Shown here in pieces: positions 63,526 through 64,000 of a DNA stretch of 64,000 bases. The position numbers and the translations under genes were made by a program. The notes under the pieces are model-generated. The model worked only from the letters and a program-made list of their open reading frames with translations, made no database searches and was not told where the DNA came from. Numbering within the stretch: position 1 is the first letter of the stretch; the number at the start of each line of letters is the position of its first letter. This DNA comes from Octopus bimaculoides (lineage: Eukaryota). Where the stretch lies: NCBI RefSeq assembly GCF_001194135.2, contig NC_069004.1, positions 17,233,954 to 17,297,953 of the forward strand. Direction: 5' to 3'.

Positions 63526-64000
63526 TAATAAGTAGGAAGGCAGATAAAACACAAATCCCTTCAGGTAGATGGCCTTGCTCATTATGTAGAAAAGGAGTAG
63601 GTAGTAACTCTATAAGAGGTACCCAGTGCAAGCTATGGACACATAAGAGGTGCAGCAATATCAAAGGCAGGTTAACTAGGAAGTTAGTTTTTGTATGTGG
63701 CAGATGTTCAGGTGCAATAAACAATGTAAACAAACAGGAAACAACTTCTGTCTCATTCCAAAGGGCCTCTTGCTCAGAGTAAAAGGCAGACTGTATGATG
63801 CATGTGTACGAACAGCCATGCTACATGGCAGTGAAACATGGACTGTAACTGCTGAGGACATACGTAAGGAATGAAGCCAGTATGCTCCGTTGGATGTGTA
63901 ATGTCAATGTGAATACCCGTCAGAGTGTAAGTATCTTGAGAGAAAAGCTGAACATTAAAAGCATCAGTTGTGTGCAAGAGAGGCGATTGCGCTGGTATGG
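63526..64000 (+). mobile_element. RTE-clade RT fragment running off the window end
   Basis: RWPCSLCRKGVGSNSI..QCKLWTHKRC...FVCGRC; LRVKGRLYDACVRTAMLHGSETW; ERRLRWYG. Confidence 0.9.

Overview
AT-rich, repeat-saturated animal genomic DNA with about 12 N-gaps, most of them next to microsatellites. The SINE, RTE and Dong repeat repertoire suggests an octopus-type cephalopod; this is an inference from recognising the repeats, not a database result. Only two host coding exons are reasonably supported, both apparently 3'-terminal exons on +: 5029-5151, and a 341-aa ORF at 49554-50579. Most other ORFs in the track are microsatellite, gap or repeat artefacts. The rest is several tRNA-derived SINE families (about 40 copies or fragments), decayed LINEs (RTE, R4/Dong, L1/Tx1), Tc1/mariner relics (one with DD36E spacing), and hAT- and piggyBac-type MITEs. 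The main hidden signal is a set of short non-coding elements next to (TA)n tracts that carry type I hammerhead-ribozyme motifs. Two have the full canonical core (13207-13292, 45387-45474), several are variant or damaged (8.7, 12.5, 13.45, 52.5 kb), two are fold-back palindromes centred on a half-hammerhead (11.1, 37.3 kb), and two are partial tandem 305/367-bp monomers. This looks like a multi-family Penelope-LTR/retrozyme-like system with no autonomous partner visible in the window.
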